Under the pieces are notes generated by a model. It searched no databases. It saw only the letters and a list, made by a program, of their open reading frames with translations, and was not told the DNA's origin. Shown piece by piece: positions 1-9,826 of a DNA stretch of 64,000 nt (within the stretch, counting starts at the first letter, position 1; each line of letters begins with the position of its first letter). Position numbers and translations under genes: made by a program. This stretch comes from an uncultured Methanosarcinales archaeon (GTDB lineage: Archaea > Nanobdellota > Nanobdellia > Woesearchaeales > GW2011-AR9), in the NCBI GenBank assembly GCA_964632045.1, contig CAZWBB010000001.1:1-64000 (forward strand), in the 5' to 3' direction.

Positions 1-156
1 GTGGGGGGAAATAATTCACGTTCACAATATCCCTCTCGGGCGGCTGGTTTCTACTGTAGCAATGACAACTTCCGTGTGGATGGCGATGGCAGCCTCGACG
101 ACCGGGGTCGTTCTCGTGGGGTGATTTATCCGCGAAGCGGCGAAACGAAAAAATGA
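1..156 (+). CDS. 3' fragment of a leader-family paralog (array A); C-terminus ...GRSRGVIYPRSGETKK
   Basis: Nt 1-150 are ~85% identical to 770-905, the C-terminal coding region of the next paralog. Stop TGA at 154-156 overlaps ATG 153 (ATGA). Confidence 0.6.
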   Translation: MGGNNSRSQYPSRAAGFYCSNDNFRVDGDGSLDDRGRSRGVIYPRSGETKK

Positions 157-908
157 ACATACTCAAACCACTACGACAATCAGGACTGCTTTCCGAAGAG
201 GAAGCGTTGAGAGACCTAGAGGACATCCCAATGGTGAGAGAAACATCCTCCCCGATCCCCTCAGGAAAGGATACTGGAAACATCATTCTTGATTGCCATG
301 CTGCTGAGAAAGGAGATAGAAGAACTCAGGATGAATGGATTGAATATTGGAATAAAAGTGACAGAGTAATGGCTTCCATGGCAGACTATTATCAGTATTT
401 CAAGCAATTGAAAGGGAATAATGATGAAGACAAAGTCAAGACGTTGCTTACCAGCCTGAGGGAAGATTTTGACCACCAGGAAAAAGGTAACTGGCTCATT
501 AGCAGTACCAGATTAGTCTATTCAAAAGATAATCTGGATGCAAGGATCATTCCTCATTATGGATGCGCTCGAGAGGAAGTAACAATAAAAGTTCCTTATT
601 ATGGTGGCGTCCCTATTACGCAGGTGGTCGGCGAGGGAGAAGGATTAACTTATCTGCAGACATTGTTTGGTACTGAGGATGAAGGGGAAGAGATAATTCA
701 GATATTGGAGTTTGTTAGCGATAGGAATAGAGACGTAATAAAAGTGTGGACGGCTGCTGTGGAAGACGCTTATACACGTTCACAATACCCCTCGCGGGCG
801 GCTGGTTTCGGCTATGGCGATGACGACTTCCATGTTGGTGGCGGCCTCTACGGCCGAGGTCGTTCTCGTGGGGTGATTTATCCGCGAAGCGGCGCGACGA
901 AAAAATGA
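153..908 (+). CDS. Leader-family paralog, subfamily B (N-term MNILKPLRQSGLLSEEEALRDLED; C-term GRGRSRGVIYPRSGATKK)
   Basis: ORF with conserved 25-aa N-terminal leader. Its body is similar to 2619..3347 (EWIEYWNK...MADYYQYFKQLKG). ATGA overlap with the next gene. Confidence 0.8.
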   Translation: MNILKPLRQSGLLSEEEALRDLEDIPMVRETSSPIPSGKDTGNIILDCHAAEKGDRRTQDEWIEYWNKSDRVMASMADYYQYFKQLKGNNDEDKVKTLLTSLREDFDHQEKGNWLISSTRLVYSKDNLDARIIPHYGCAREEVTIKVPYYGGVPITQVVGEGEGLTYLQTLFGTEDEGEEIIQILEFVSDRNRDVIKVWTAAVEDAYTRSQYPSRAAGFGYGDDDFHVGGGLYGRGRSRGVIYPRSGATKK

Positions 909-1768
909 ACATACTCAAACCATTAAGACCATCAGGACTGCTTTCTGAGGAGGAAGCGTTGAAAGATATAGAGAGTGCTCCTGATGCAGAAATTCCCAGA
1001 GACGATAACAAACAAGAAGTACAGGAAATGGGGAATAAACATCTCAGATTAGGTGTTGATTACGGACTGATCTACATCGACCGTGCTACCAGTGACCTGG
1101 TCATTACCGATGGGAAAGATTTTGAAGTCATTCTGAGGGAAGTAAATCTCAATGACGTATTCTATGATGAAAAACTCTACTACACAAAAGATTGCAGCCT
1201 GTATGAATGGCCATCCAGATTGCTGCACGACTACGGTGTGAACGGAACAGGTGGTAAAGAGGCTGTAGGTATCGGCAAACATGACGGAAGACTCATTGTC
1301 ACTCTTCCCTATGTTGGTGAGATCGCTGATGAGCAGGGCAACATAATCTTTGAAGGATTGCAGCAACCCATCAGTGTCTGTTCCTACAAAGGAGAATTAT
1401 ACCACACTGAAGCGTCCCAGGGCAGAGGCCTGGTGAAGACGCCTTATCAGCTTGTTCATCGGCCAGGCAGGTACGCCCTAGGACTTGCTGCTGGGGAAAA
1501 AATATTTTTTGGGGGAGAAGATGAAACATTATACAGCTATGACGGACAGGTGCAACGTGTATGTAATCTGGGATCAACCTGCGGTCTCCTGGAATGTGTT
1601 GGAGATGTTCTCTACGCAGCAGGCCTCCATAAGATAGGCATCCACTCCATCCCATTAGATGATCCATCAGCAAGGAAGACTTTACTGCGAGGACATGTGC
1701 CTGAGGGTATAAGGGCAATGACAGCTGTCCCTATGACTTTCATACATGAACTAAGCGAAAACAAATGA
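905..1768 (+). CDS. Leader-family paralog, subfamily A (putative beta-propeller-like repeats; LYYT..LYEWPS motif)
   Basis: Conserved N-terminal leader. Repeated LY(Y/F)T and GxxY blade-like motifs. Conserved C-terminal V.PMTFI motif shared with 6500, 7291, 8124, 8978 and 9810. Confidence 0.8.
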   Translation: MNILKPLRPSGLLSEEEALKDIESAPDAEIPRDDNKQEVQEMGNKHLRLGVDYGLIYIDRATSDLVITDGKDFEVILREVNLNDVFYDEKLYYTKDCSLYEWPSRLLHDYGVNGTGGKEAVGIGKHDGRLIVTLPYVGEIADEQGNIIFEGLQQPISVCSYKGELYHTEASQGRGLVKTPYQLVHRPGRYALGLAAGEKIFFGGEDETLYSYDGQVQRVCNLGSTCGLLECVGDVLYAAGLHKIGIHSIPLDDPSARKTLLRGHVPEGIRAMTAVPMTFIHELSENK

Positions 1769-2622
1769 ACATCCTAAAACCACTTAAACACGGAAACGTA
1801 CTGACGGAAGAGGAAGCGTTGAAGGATTTGGAGAATGCATCATCTACATCTCAGAATATTCCGATTACTGAAAATGTTTCTGAGACGACGTATTCCTGCT
1901 CAACCCTGGGAATTGATTGCGGACTAGTGTTAATCAATAAGACCAACCAGGAGATTTGTACAACTGATGGTGAAGATGTAACTTGTATCGGTAGAGAAAG
2001 AGGCTACCACAGATTGCACTACAACGGAACTGACTTGTATTACACCCGACATAACAAACTATACAGATGGCCTAGTCAGGAAGTCCAGAAGTATTATTAT
2101 AAAAAGAAAGCTGAGTGTACATCTGGTATAACTGAGTATGATGGAGAGACTCTAGTAGGTTTCCAGGATGGCATCTATAATGAAAAAGGAGAACGAAAGT
2201 ATGGGTCCGGACCCGTCAAGGACTTGATCAGATTTCAGAACAGACTATTCAGCATTCAGTTATGGAGAGGCAAATATTCATTTGTGGAAGTAGGAGTGGA
2301 AGCAAAGAAAGAAATAACATTCAGATCAAGGCTTGCTAAAATGGATGACCTTCTTTTACTGGGGCTTGAATGCGGCTCCGTCTTTTCATTTGATGGTGTA
2401 GACATGAGCCTGGTTTTCGCCTCCAACAGCCAGCAACGTTTATTATGTGCAACAAGTGATCGCCAGATGTATTTTGGCGGATTTGGCGAGGAAGGACTAT
2501 GGACACGTTCTTTGTATCCCCGGAGAAAGTCAGAGGCAATATTGCAGGAAAAGATCAAGAGTTGCACAGCAGGTATCACAGTACCACTTGATTTCATAGA
2601 ACACTTAAACAAAACAAAATGA
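1765..2622 (+). CDS. Leader-family paralog, subfamily A
   Basis: N-term MNILKPLKHGNVLTEEEALKDLE. LYYTRHNKLYRWPS motif. ATGA overlaps on both sides. Confidence 0.8.
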   Translation: MNILKPLKHGNVLTEEEALKDLENASSTSQNIPITENVSETTYSCSTLGIDCGLVLINKTNQEICTTDGEDVTCIGRERGYHRLHYNGTDLYYTRHNKLYRWPSQEVQKYYYKKKAECTSGITEYDGETLVGFQDGIYNEKGERKYGSGPVKDLIRFQNRLFSIQLWRGKYSFVEVGVEAKKEITFRSRLAKMDDLLLLGLECGSVFSFDGVDMSLVFASNSQQRLLCATSDRQMYFGGFGEEGLWTRSLYPRRKSEAILQEKIKSCTAGITVPLDFIEHLNKTK

Positions 2623-3347
2623 ACATCCTAAAACCACTTAAACACGGAAATGTAATGACTGAAGAGGAAGCGTTGAAGGATTTGGAAGGTGTACCATCCA
2701 TAGAACCAGTGAGTGCTGCGGATCAGCCGACTGGACTTGGAATCGTCCTACTCGATCAAGGTAATTCAGAAGACTCAAAAACCCAGCCTGAGTGGCTAGA
2801 ACATTATGACAAGATCACTGATGGTCGTGTATTCGCTGCTATGAGCGACTATTACGGATTCTTCAAACGGAAGATGGATCAGAAAACCGACAAACAGTAC
2901 GCTAAGGCGATGTTATGGCCCAATAATATTTCAGAATGCGACAGTCATCTTCTTACCAGCACCAGGATCGAACTCTTGCCATCCGGTCACACAAAAATAA
3001 TTCAACATTACGGCTGCAAGTATCCAGAACATATCAGCAAAAGAACTATCGTCGCACCGGTATTACACAAGATACCCCTCTCAGAAGCGATCAGGACAAA
3101 TTCGGCAAGGAGATACCTAAAAGCTCTGTTTGACACCGAAGACAAGACCGTCAAAATAATCCAAACGCTCGAGTTTATCGCAGGTGTAGACAGGAGAGAC
3201 ATAACCATTTCCACAATCCCCGATCCTCCCAGCCCTATTGAAAGTGATCAGAGAGCATCCGGGTTCAATTGTTTTTCCTCGGGGCTCGATATCTATACCT
3301 ACTCCCTTATAGGTGTGGGGCAATCACGAGGAGCATCTTACCCATGA
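2619..3347 (+). CDS. Leader-family paralog, subfamily B
   Basis: Same leader. Body is paralogous to 153..908 (EWLEHYDK...MSDYYGFFKRK; C-term GVGQSRGASYP). Confidence 0.8.
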   Translation: MNILKPLKHGNVMTEEEALKDLEGVPSIEPVSAADQPTGLGIVLLDQGNSEDSKTQPEWLEHYDKITDGRVFAAMSDYYGFFKRKMDQKTDKQYAKAMLWPNNISECDSHLLTSTRIELLPSGHTKIIQHYGCKYPEHISKRTIVAPVLHKIPLSEAIRTNSARRYLKALFDTEDKTVKIIQTLEFIAGVDRRDITISTIPDPPSPIESDQRASGFNCFSSGLDIYTYSLIGVGQSRGASYP

Positions 3348-4030
3348 ACATCCTAAAACCACTTAAACACGGAAATGTACTGACGGAAGAGGAAGCGTTG
3401 AAAGATATAGAGAGTGCTCCTGAGGTACTGGATAGCCCGCCGGGAACATGGAACACTATGCCTGAATTTCCAACCTATGGGCAGGCAATCACCCACATTG
3501 GATTGGAATATGCAAAAGGATATTGTAAAGGTCCACTTCACCAACACAATGACAGGACTATGATCCGCCCGCCCACCGTTAAAGAAATCGCGAAAGCCTG
3601 CGTTGAGGACTACGAAACAACAACTACTGCTGATAGTAGCAACCGAAGTGTCGAAGACAGGACTTTCCTGCTGAGAAGTAAGTGGAATACCTGCGCAGCT
3701 ACCATCAATAGTTTCTGGTCTGATAAATGGAAAATAAACCCAGTCTCCGATGAACTTATAACACTGGACAAAAGCACAGAAGTAAGGTATTCAAAGCTTG
3801 AATGGAATGTATTCAGTCTATTGGAAGTAGAAGGACGTGACTTCTGGAGGATTCTTATTAGTGATGATTCTTTGTATCAAGCATATCAAAAGATTGTCAG
3901 TCCGTATGGTCCGTTGGAAGTGGAGATAGAAGAACCATCAAAACAATACCTCAGAAACATCCGGGTTGAAGGGCAGAAACTGGTATTCTGTCCATTGAAT
4001 ATTACAGCAAGGTTCCTGGCAATAAAATGA
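3344..4030 (+). CDS. Leader-family paralog, subfamily C
   Basis: The internal ATG at 3344 restores the conserved leader MNILKPLKHGNVLTEEEALKDIESAP. The track ORF start at 3269 is a 5' run-on. Body is paralogous to 4027..4719 (MIRPPTVKEIAKACVEDYET...). Confidence 0.8.
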   Translation: MNILKPLKHGNVLTEEEALKDIESAPEVLDSPPGTWNTMPEFPTYGQAITHIGLEYAKGYCKGPLHQHNDRTMIRPPTVKEIAKACVEDYETTTTADSSNRSVEDRTFLLRSKWNTCAATINSFWSDKWKINPVSDELITLDKSTEVRYSKLEWNVFSLLEVEGRDFWRILISDDSLYQAYQKIVSPYGPLEVEIEEPSKQYLRNIRVEGQKLVFCPLNITARFLAIK

Positions 4031-4719
4031 ACATCCTAAAACCACTTAAACACGGAAATGTACTGACGGAAGAGGAAGTGTTGAAAGATATAGAGAGTGC
4101 GCCGATCGTTGACAGACCCATAGAGACTTCCAGATACGTTTGCATACGGGAACGCAATAACTATAAGGGAGCTCTTAATTCGCTGTTAATTTATCATGCT
4201 GCCTGCAGACGCAGCGGTCCGCTCTACGAGCATGATGGAAAGATGATAATACGGCCTCCTACAGTAAAAGAAGTAATACAGGCTAGAGTTGAGGATTATG
4301 AAACGCTCACCAATCCGGATGGCAGCAAGAGAAGTCTGGAGGAGAGGACCTGCTTGATTAGAACAAGTTTCAACACCTGCGCCGGTGTTTTGTTCAATCC
4401 TCATACTCAAAAATTAAAACTGAACCCTCTCTGCAAAGAATTGATAACACTGAACAGATCTTGTGGACGTAGAATATTCTATCAGGATTTTGAGGGCGAA
4501 GAATACTACCCTGGTGGTCTGATTGGACCTGATCGCTGGAGGATTTTTACTGAGGATGAGCAGTTACGTCAGGCATACTGGAATATCTCTAATACTGTGG
4601 ATACACCGAAGGAGCCAGTTCAAACTCCGGAAAAATACTTGAACAATGTTAGAGTTGGAGGAACTACTCTTACATTCTATCCCCTAAGCAAAAAAACAAC
4701 ATTCCTGCAGATAAGATGA
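4027..4719 (+). CDS. Leader-family paralog, subfamily C
   Basis: The leader nucleotides are almost identical to 3344-3420. Body is MIIRPPTVKEVIQARVEDYETLTNPDGSKRSLEER. Confidence 0.8.
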   Translation: MNILKPLKHGNVLTEEEVLKDIESAPIVDRPIETSRYVCIRERNNYKGALNSLLIYHAACRRSGPLYEHDGKMIIRPPTVKEVIQARVEDYETLTNPDGSKRSLEERTCLIRTSFNTCAGVLFNPHTQKLKLNPLCKELITLNRSCGRRIFYQDFEGEEYYPGGLIGPDRWRIFTEDEQLRQAYWNISNTVDTPKEPVQTPEKYLNNVRVGGTTLTFYPLSKKTTFLQIR

Positions 4720-6506
4720 CATTAGAACAACTGACACAAGACATAGTGGACGAAGAAACAGCAAAGTTTGATTACAAAGGAGATGTCCGTATCAAAGAGC
4801 AGATGGGAGATCCCTGCTTCTCCGGAAGGATCGACCTGCTGACAACTGCTAAGATAGAGATCTGCTACAATCCGGATTATGAGAAAGAAGCAGAATCCAT
4901 GGAGAAGATTGTCCCTCAACCTTTCAGGAAAGCTTTCACTGCAGTGATGCAGCACGAGCTGAACCATAAAGGGGGAGGAAGATTCCTTGGCTGTCCCAGG
5001 ACGATTGATCTGCACGCAGAGAAAGTTCTGGAACCAGTTTCGGAAGTGCTGAAAAGGGAGGATTTCCCTAACGTACCTGTGAGCAGCGGACAGACACTCT
5101 ATGCCTATATGGCAAATATGGTTGAAGATATCATCGACAATTCTGAACTTGGCAACAAAACGGACCATATCGGTATGTTTCTTTGCTACCATGATGATGC
5201 TATTCATTGTAAAGAAGGATTAAGTCCCCTCTTCAGCGCCTTTGTCAAGCTGCAGGAAGTTCTCTTCGGCGGGAGAAGAAGCAGGAAGCTGTTAAATGGC
5301 CACCATCCGAAAGATGACAAGGTTGACCAGGCGGTTGAAAACGTCATGCAACGCACAGGGATGAGCAGGATGCAGCGTCAGGTTGTTACAAGAAGGAAGA
5401 AGAAAAGAAAAGATGTATTTGACCGAAGGAGGGCAATGGAGCACTACACAGATGAAGAGAACTGGCCGGAAATATCCAAGATCATCACGGAAGAGTTCTG
5501 CGAACTGATCGACAAGGATGAACTTGAAAATCCACAATACATCGAGGAAACCTTCCTTCCACTTAAAGGAGAAGGCGACTCCTTCGGCGATGAGATGGAG
5601 GACGCTGACACTAAGATGAAGTTTGTCTGGAAGAAGTATCAGGGCAAAGGACAGGAATCCGGCGAGGATGATACTGAATTCCAACCACCCGCCTATCTGG
5701 AAAGCTTCGAAGCTCTTGACCTGCTCTATCAAAGATTGGCCAGGAATCTCCACATTAAGACGGAAAGCTCTACTCACAGTGAATCGATGCCAGTGATGTG
5801 GTACGGTAACCGGCCGGCAACACCAAGAGACAGGAGGGTAAGAGTCCGACTGGGAAGAGACGGTTGTCTTGAGCTGACTGCCAAGAGATATCATGAGGAC
5901 GAAGAGATCGAGTACACTGAAAGCATGCCCGGTCTGCCCGAGATAAAGTTTGTCATGCTGGATACCTCTTCCTCGATGCAATGTAGTATCGATGGCAGCC
6001 AGGGGAAGATCATGAATCCCTGGGCCTCCGAAAGTGTACAGTGGGATGATCGAAGCCGATACCATCATGCCCTTATCGCCTGGTATGGGCTGCTGGAACT
6101 GCTGCGGAGACAGGGAACATTGCGACACACTTCCGTAAAGCTTGCCAACTATTCCTGGGAGACCAAGAAAGCGGTCAATCTGAAAGAGGCCAAAAGGCTG
6201 GCCTTGAGTCCTCAGTTCGGAGGAACACAACTTGAACTACCTCAGATTAGGGACATGTTTGGTACAAAGCAGTTGGTAATCTCATTATCTGATGGAGATG
6301 TGATGAACTGGTATGACATAAAGACAGAATACATCAAACGGGCCAGGAACAACCATTATTTCCATCTACAGATAGGTGGGCAGAGTAATATGTCCATGGA
6401 TCTGGAGAAGGCAGGATTGCATGTGGTCTATGATGATGGCAGCAACCTGGGCAATATTGTTGTTGATCTGACAAAACCGTTTATCGTGAGGAAGAAGAAA
6501 TGGTAG
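4716..6506 (+). CDS. HExxH putative zinc metallopeptidase N-domain fused to a vWA domain (DUF2201-like architecture)
   Basis: HELNH motif (AVMQHELNHKGGG). MIDAS DxSxS (VMLDTSSSMQ) plus downstream GGT and SDGD vWA motifs. Embedded in array A with ATGA overlap at 4716-4719. Confidence 0.75.
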   Translation: MTLEQLTQDIVDEETAKFDYKGDVRIKEQMGDPCFSGRIDLLTTAKIEICYNPDYEKEAESMEKIVPQPFRKAFTAVMQHELNHKGGGRFLGCPRTIDLHAEKVLEPVSEVLKREDFPNVPVSSGQTLYAYMANMVEDIIDNSELGNKTDHIGMFLCYHDDAIHCKEGLSPLFSAFVKLQEVLFGGRRSRKLLNGHHPKDDKVDQAVENVMQRTGMSRMQRQVVTRRKKKRKDVFDRRRAMEHYTDEENWPEISKIITEEFCELIDKDELENPQYIEETFLPLKGEGDSFGDEMEDADTKMKFVWKKYQGKGQESGEDDTEFQPPAYLESFEALDLLYQRLARNLHIKTESSTHSESMPVMWYGNRPATPRDRRVRVRLGRDGCLELTAKRYHEDEEIEYTESMPGLPEIKFVMLDTSSSMQCSIDGSQGKIMNPWASESVQWDDRSRYHHALIAWYGLLELLRRQGTLRHTSVKLANYSWETKKAVNLKEAKRLALSPQFGGTQLELPQIRDMFGTKQLVISLSDGDVMNWYDIKTEYIKRARNNHYFHLQIGGQSNMSMDLEKAGLHVVYDDGSNLGNIVVDLTKPFIVRKKKW

Positions 6507-7294
6507 AGACTCTAAAACCATTAAGAAAAGGACCAAGAATCCTCACAGAGGAAGAAGTCTTGGCTGATCTGGCAGGATTACAGGAGCAACCAAATTCATC
6601 TGAAGAAGAAAAGTGGAAAGGATTAGGAATCGATTATTGTCTTGCATTTGCAGATGATATGATCCGATGTACCGATGGAAACCGATCAGACGTGTTTCTG
6701 GAAGAGAGAACTGATTGCCTGACTTACAGCAGCCAGTTGTATTACATAATGGAAGAATCACTTTACAGATGGCCAAAAGAACAGATATTTGACTTTCAGA
6801 AAGCACCACATGGGGTGGCTGCGTACCAAGACGGAGTTGTTATCTCATTTCCATTTTCAGTCTGTGATCAGGGAGGTAATACAATCTTTGAGAACAGGAA
6901 ATCTTTCATAAATCTGATAGAAGTGTTCAACGGAGAGATATACTATGCTACCGGCGTGAACAATGGCGAACTTGTAAAAGCTCCAAATACTTCGATAGAA
7001 ACATTTGGCGAACCACTATTCGGAATCACTACTTCAGAAAATAACTTGTATATCTCCGGACGTCATAATATTTACCGATACGATGGCAAATCTGTAAAAA
7101 GGATATTTCAATATGATGGCCAGATACAATGCATAAAATATGTTCAAGATGTAAGTGGCGAATATCTGTTCATTGGAAATACAAATGAAAATATCGTCCG
7201 CCTATACTTGCAGAATACAAAAAACAAAACATACATCCCTGATACAAAATCTGCATCTTCGATAGCAGTAATACCCATGACCTTTGTAAAATGA
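6500..7294 (+). CDS. Leader-family paralog, subfamily A (variant leader MVETLKPLRKGPRILTEEEVLADLAG)
   Basis: LYYIMEESLYRWPKE motif. C-term IAVIPMTFVK. Confidence 0.75.
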   Translation: MVETLKPLRKGPRILTEEEVLADLAGLQEQPNSSEEEKWKGLGIDYCLAFADDMIRCTDGNRSDVFLEERTDCLTYSSQLYYIMEESLYRWPKEQIFDFQKAPHGVAAYQDGVVISFPFSVCDQGGNTIFENRKSFINLIEVFNGEIYYATGVNNGELVKAPNTSIETFGEPLFGITTSENNLYISGRHNIYRYDGKSVKRIFQYDGQIQCIKYVQDVSGEYLFIGNTNENIVRLYLQNTKNKTYIPDTKSASSIAVIPMTFVK

Positions 7295-8127
7295 ACATCC
7301 TTAAACCATTAAAACGCGGAAATGTACTGACGGAAGAGGAAGTATTGAAAGATATTGAGCAGATTTCCAGTGAGAGGTCTACCCCGAACAATAAACCTAA
7401 GGGCGCTGTCATGAAAGGGTTGGGGAAGGATTATGGATTAGTTTTCTGTGAAGAGGAGACTCTATATGCTTCTTTGGACGGAGAAAGTTCTACCATCGTT
7501 GGCAAAGGAAAATACAATGACTTCTTTTTTGACGGAGATGATCTTTATTACACAACTGGAAATGACTGCTTTAGATGGCCAAATGAAAACATATTTTCTG
7601 CAGAAAAACCTCTTTGGGGAATCTGCAAACACGAAGGAAGAATAATTGTAGCCTGTCCAGAAAGGAAAATGATACTGAGAGATTATGGAAGCCCTGATTA
7701 TCATGCACACCGTCCAGTTGGAATTGCCTCCTACAAAGGCCAGCTTTTTTGTACTTCGGAAGAACCAGATGGATTGATTAGGCTACCAAACGAGCTGATA
7801 GCTTCATGCGGAAGCTATACCGATGGAATCTGCGTACTGGAAGACATATTATACTTTGCCGGACAGAATGGAATCATCTATCAATATGATGGAAATGATG
7901 TTAAAGAGAAATTCAAATTACGAAATAAGTTTGGCTCCACGGAACCGATATTCAAATTAGATGGAGTTCGAGATAATACGGGAGATGTAATATATGCTTC
8001 ACTGGGCCCGGGGACACGAGTTATTAATCTAACTGCTTTGACAGCTAAGACTATCCTTAAGAATCACTCCGGAGCAAAATCAGTAACTGTAGTGCCTCTC
8101 GATTACCTTAAGAACATGATAAAATGA
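7291..8127 (+). CDS. Leader-family paralog, subfamily A
   Basis: MNILKPLKRGNVLTEEEVLKDIE leader. LYYTTGNDCFRWPNE motif. C-term VTVVPLDYLKNMIK. ATGA overlaps. Confidence 0.8.
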   Translation: MNILKPLKRGNVLTEEEVLKDIEQISSERSTPNNKPKGAVMKGLGKDYGLVFCEEETLYASLDGESSTIVGKGKYNDFFFDGDDLYYTTGNDCFRWPNENIFSAEKPLWGICKHEGRIIVACPERKMILRDYGSPDYHAHRPVGIASYKGQLFCTSEEPDGLIRLPNELIASCGSYTDGICVLEDILYFAGQNGIIYQYDGNDVKEKFKLRNKFGSTEPIFKLDGVRDNTGDVIYASLGPGTRVINLTALTAKTILKNHSGAKSVTVVPLDYLKNMIK

Positions 8128-8990
8128 ACATCCTTAAACCATTAAAACGCGGAAATGTAATGACGGAAGAAGAAGTATTGAAGGAGTTAGAGAATGTTCC
8201 TGATAGCAATAATGCTCCAGAGGAGGTAGATGTTGCATCTCCGGATGATCCTGGAGAGACATTCCATGCCCTGGGAATCGATTATGGACTGATCTTTGCC
8301 AGCAATGGGCGAATCTTCACATCCAGAGATGGACAGGAGGTAAAAGAGATCCGACGTAAGGCTGGTGGGGGTATTCTCTATCAGAACAAAAATCTACACC
8401 ACTCATCTGGTAATGAGGTTGTCCAGTGGCCTGACGGAAACACGTATACTTTTGAGGATGAAGTAACGGGTATCAATCAATATCATGGAAGGATATTCAT
8501 AACGCTTCCAGGAAAAATCTGCAATCTTCAGGGAAGAACGATAGCTGAAGCAGAGAGAGCAAAACAAGCAACCTTCTATTGCGGCGACCTGTGGTATATC
8601 TCTAAAGGCAAGCTTCATACAAAACATTTTACGCGTAAGACATGGATGCCTGAGATGGACACCCACCATGAGAAAGTCCTTGCGGAATTTGAAGATTCAT
8701 TGTATACGAGCTGCAGCCAACAGGTGTTGGACAGATACCAACCTAGTGGAGTGCAGCACAGACTGTCCGGAAAATTTCCATATAATCCACACTGCATAAG
8801 AGGGATGAGAGACAGGGACGGAGTAAAAATCTTCTTAGGTACAGAATTTGGAATAAAGTCAATCAACATAGAAAAACCTGAAGATATCTGCAATTACTGT
8901 TCGGGATGGTCACACATTGTAACTTCGATCACTTTTGCTCCGATAGATTTCATAAAAAGACTTAACGCCGGCTCAAAATGGAAATACTAA
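8124..8990 (+). CDS. Leader-family paralog, subfamily A
   Basis: MNILKPLKRGNVMTEEEVLKELE leader. C-term ITFAPIDFIKRL. Confidence 0.8.
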   Translation: MNILKPLKRGNVMTEEEVLKELENVPDSNNAPEEVDVASPDDPGETFHALGIDYGLIFASNGRIFTSRDGQEVKEIRRKAGGGILYQNKNLHHSSGNEVVQWPDGNTYTFEDEVTGINQYHGRIFITLPGKICNLQGRTIAEAERAKQATFYCGDLWYISKGKLHTKHFTRKTWMPEMDTHHEKVLAEFEDSLYTSCSQQVLDRYQPSGVQHRLSGKFPYNPHCIRGMRDRDGVKIFLGTEFGIKSINIEKPEDICNYCSGWSHIVTSITFAPIDFIKRLNAGSKWKY

Positions 8991-9826
8991 AACCCCTAAA
9001 ACAAGGAAACGTACTGACAGAGGAGGAAGCTTTACGCGATCTGGGATACTATGATGACGAAGAGATGCCCACGACGGAATTCCAGGTTCCTGGATTCAGG
9101 ACAAGATTAGGAAAAGATTATGGATTGGCTCTCATAAATCGAGGATCCTGTGATCTTTGCACCACTGTTGACGGCAATACGGTATTCACTTATCCCTCAC
9201 AGAGAGGATACCATAAACTATTCTTTGATGAAAACCTCTATTTCACAAGAAACAAAACATTATACAAATGGCCATCTGAGAAGGTTTCATCTTTTGCTGC
9301 AAATGCTTTTGGTGTATGCAAACTGGAAGGTATGTTTGCTGTTGCTCTGGAAGACGGCATCATAGTGCATAATAATGCTTTTCCCAACATCAGAACCACT
9401 TATAGACTGCATGACCTGGTCAATTTCAAAAGTTGCTTCTACTCAACCACAGAAGATGGCAAACTGCTGGTGACCTACCCATCGGATACTCCATCAACAT
9501 ACGAACTTTCTATCCCTCAGGCTTTGTGCTTGAAGGCAACGGATGACATCCTGTACATAGGTGGGGCTGATGGAAAAGTAACAGCAATGACAGAGGATGG
9601 TTCTGAAGAAGTCTGCCAGCTTTCTTCTGCCGTCCATTCAATGGAGATCGTGCAGGAGGACGGAGACATCAGGCTCCTCTACGTTGGAGGAGAGTTCAGG
9701 AAAGGCATCACGATCGTAAATTTGGCAAACAAGCTGAAGAAGAAGATATTGGAGGAGACAGTAGAAGGAGTGAGTTCGATCGTAAAGATACCTCTCACAA
9801 TGTTAGAAGATGACAGAAATACTTAA
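8978..9826 (+). CDS. Leader-family paralog, subfamily A
   Basis: MEILKPLKQGNVLTEEEALRDL leader. LYFTRNKTLYKWPSEK motif. C-term IVKIPLTMLEDD. Confidence 0.8.
   Translation: MEILKPLKQGNVLTEEEALRDLGYYDDEEMPTTEFQVPGFRTRLGKDYGLALINRGSCDLCTTVDGNTVFTYPSQRGYHKLFFDENLYFTRNKTLYKWPSEKVSSFAANAFGVCKLEGMFAVALEDGIIVHNNAFPNIRTTYRLHDLVNFKSCFYSTTEDGKLLVTYPSDTPSTYELSIPQALCLKATDDILYIGGADGKVTAMTEDGSEEVCQLSSAVHSMEIVQEDGDIRLLYVGGEFRKGITIVNLANKLKKKILEETVEGVSSIVKIPLTMLEDDRNT

Noticed and set aside
3269-3343. Upstream extension of the 3344..4030 paralog to ATG 3269
   Set aside because: The extension lacks the family leader. The internal ATG at 3344 restores the conserved MNILKPLK start and the ATGA overlap with the upstream gene.
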